Part shown: in pieces, positions 51,957-52,543 of the stretch
Layout: each line of letters begins with the position of its first letter
How positions within the stretch are numbered: position 1 is the stretch's first letter
Source of the DNA: an uncultured Candidatus Saccharibacteria bacterium
GTDB taxonomy: Bacteria; Patescibacteriota; Minisyncoccia; Phycocordibacterales; UBA2135
Length of the DNA: 52,543 bases
Direction: 5' to 3'
Assembly (NCBI GenBank): GCA_964573545.1
Contig: CAZNJQ010000002.1
Location: 1 to 52,543 of the forward strand
The notes under the pieces: generated by a model
Told to the model about the DNA's origin: nothing
The model's input: only the letters and a program-made list of their open reading frames with translations
Database searches by the model: none
Position numbers and translations under genes: made by a program

Positions 51957-52543
51957 ATGTTACATGTTATCTTTAGAACCTGTACCCGCGTCGGCAACTT
52001 GAACGCCCATCGGTTCGGCGAGAGGCGACCTTTTACTGACTCGAAGAGAGAACTCGTTCTTGCGTGCCTCAACTCTTTAGTGCGCTCATTGGGCGAAGAG
52101 GGGGTTGTACACGTCCTTGATGACCATTCGCCGGACGCCGATGCCGACGCGATCAAGAAGCTCCTCGCAAGCTACGGGGAGAAACATCTTTTTGTCCCGC
52201 TTAAAGAAACCGGGAACGGGCATTCATCCGATGCCGCCCTTGAGTATGCACGCGAGAACGCGTTCGAGCTTATCTATTTCTGTGAAGACGATTATTTACA
52301 TCTCCCGCATGCAATACCCTCAATGCTCGATTTTTATAAGAAAAAAGGGGCGATTATTTTTCCCGTGGATTACTTTGACCGATACGTCGAACCATACCCC
52401 TCTCATATCTTTCTTGGAACATATAATTATTGGCGCTCAATACGGCATACAACTTTCACGTTCATGCTCGACAAGCGCATATTGGAAACATACTGGGACG
52501 TCTATAAAGAACTTGCACGGCGCAATATGGACGCCGTCGGCTC
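51957..52543 (+). CDS. GT-A fold (family 2-like) glycosyltransferase, 3'-truncated by the window end; not in the ORF track
   Basis: Hand-translated as MLHVIFRTCTR...RELVLACLNSLVRSLGEEGVVHVLDDHSPD...IYFCEDDYL (DxD-like). The frame stays open to position 52543. Confidence 0.6.
   Translation, partial: MLHVIFRTCTRVGNLNAHRFGERRPFTDSKRELVLACLNSLVRSLGEEGVVHVLDDHSPDADADAIKKLLASYGEKHLFVPLKETGNGHSSDAALEYARENAFELIYFCEDDYLHLPHAIPSMLDFYKKKGAIIFPVDYFDRYVEPYPSHIFLGTYNYWRSIRHTTFTFMLDKRILETYWDVYKELARRNMDAVG

Overview
This is a 52.5-kb, gene-dense chromosomal window, mostly + strand, using the standard genetic code (TGA, TAA and TAG all end conserved genes). Several features suggest a reduced-genome Candidate Phyla Radiation / Patescibacteria (Parcubacteria-like) bacterium, but that taxonomic call is inference only. 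Those features are a split transketolase, a ThrRS without its editing domain, an AlaRS without C-Ala, a short PheS, a short SMC with no recognisable hinge, an orphan gatB, a giant HTH-TM-fibre protein and many tiny hypothetical genes. The housekeeping core is murB, secA, glmS, gatB, tatC, gap-rpiB-rpe-tkt(N)-tkt(C), alaS, rpsB-tsf, tRNA-Thr, pheS-pheT, gyrB, thrS, dnaE, rnhB, rpmF, nusB(-Nudix), rnc, smc, recR and dnaB. There are three accessory stretches. The first is 0.2-1.7 kb. The second is 6.0-9.2 kb, holding small same-strand genes each preceded by a conserved GTGTCAYGG mini-hairpin. The third is 41-52.5 kb, holding a surface fibre, tatA with a Tat-signal miniprotein, a REP/RAYT unit, an RCC1 propeller, a sulfotransferase and glycosyltransferases. 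The most unusual observations are: (i) an NlpC/P60 papain-like domain with an intact Cys-His-His triad inserted into the B5 domain of PheRS beta. (ii) Palindromic repeat elements inserted in frame in secA, gatB and the RAYT gene itself, as Rickettsia RPEs do; the secA copy has a 57/60-identical inverted partner just past the gene end. (iii) A 1218-aa protein combining a cytoplasmic HTH, one TM helix and a tail-fibre-like ectodomain. (iv) A NusB-Nudix fusion. (v) Families of stop-codon-rich word repeats (TAGGT/ACCTA, TTGAC/GTCAA, AACTTT) lying directly upstream of start codons. (vi) Orphan tRNA half-copies. (vii) An 820-bp non-coding gap next to dnaB that contains DnaA-box-like sites. I recognised no rRNA, CRISPR array, integrase or prophage. 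All coordinates and alignments were made by eye, and no database search was possible.
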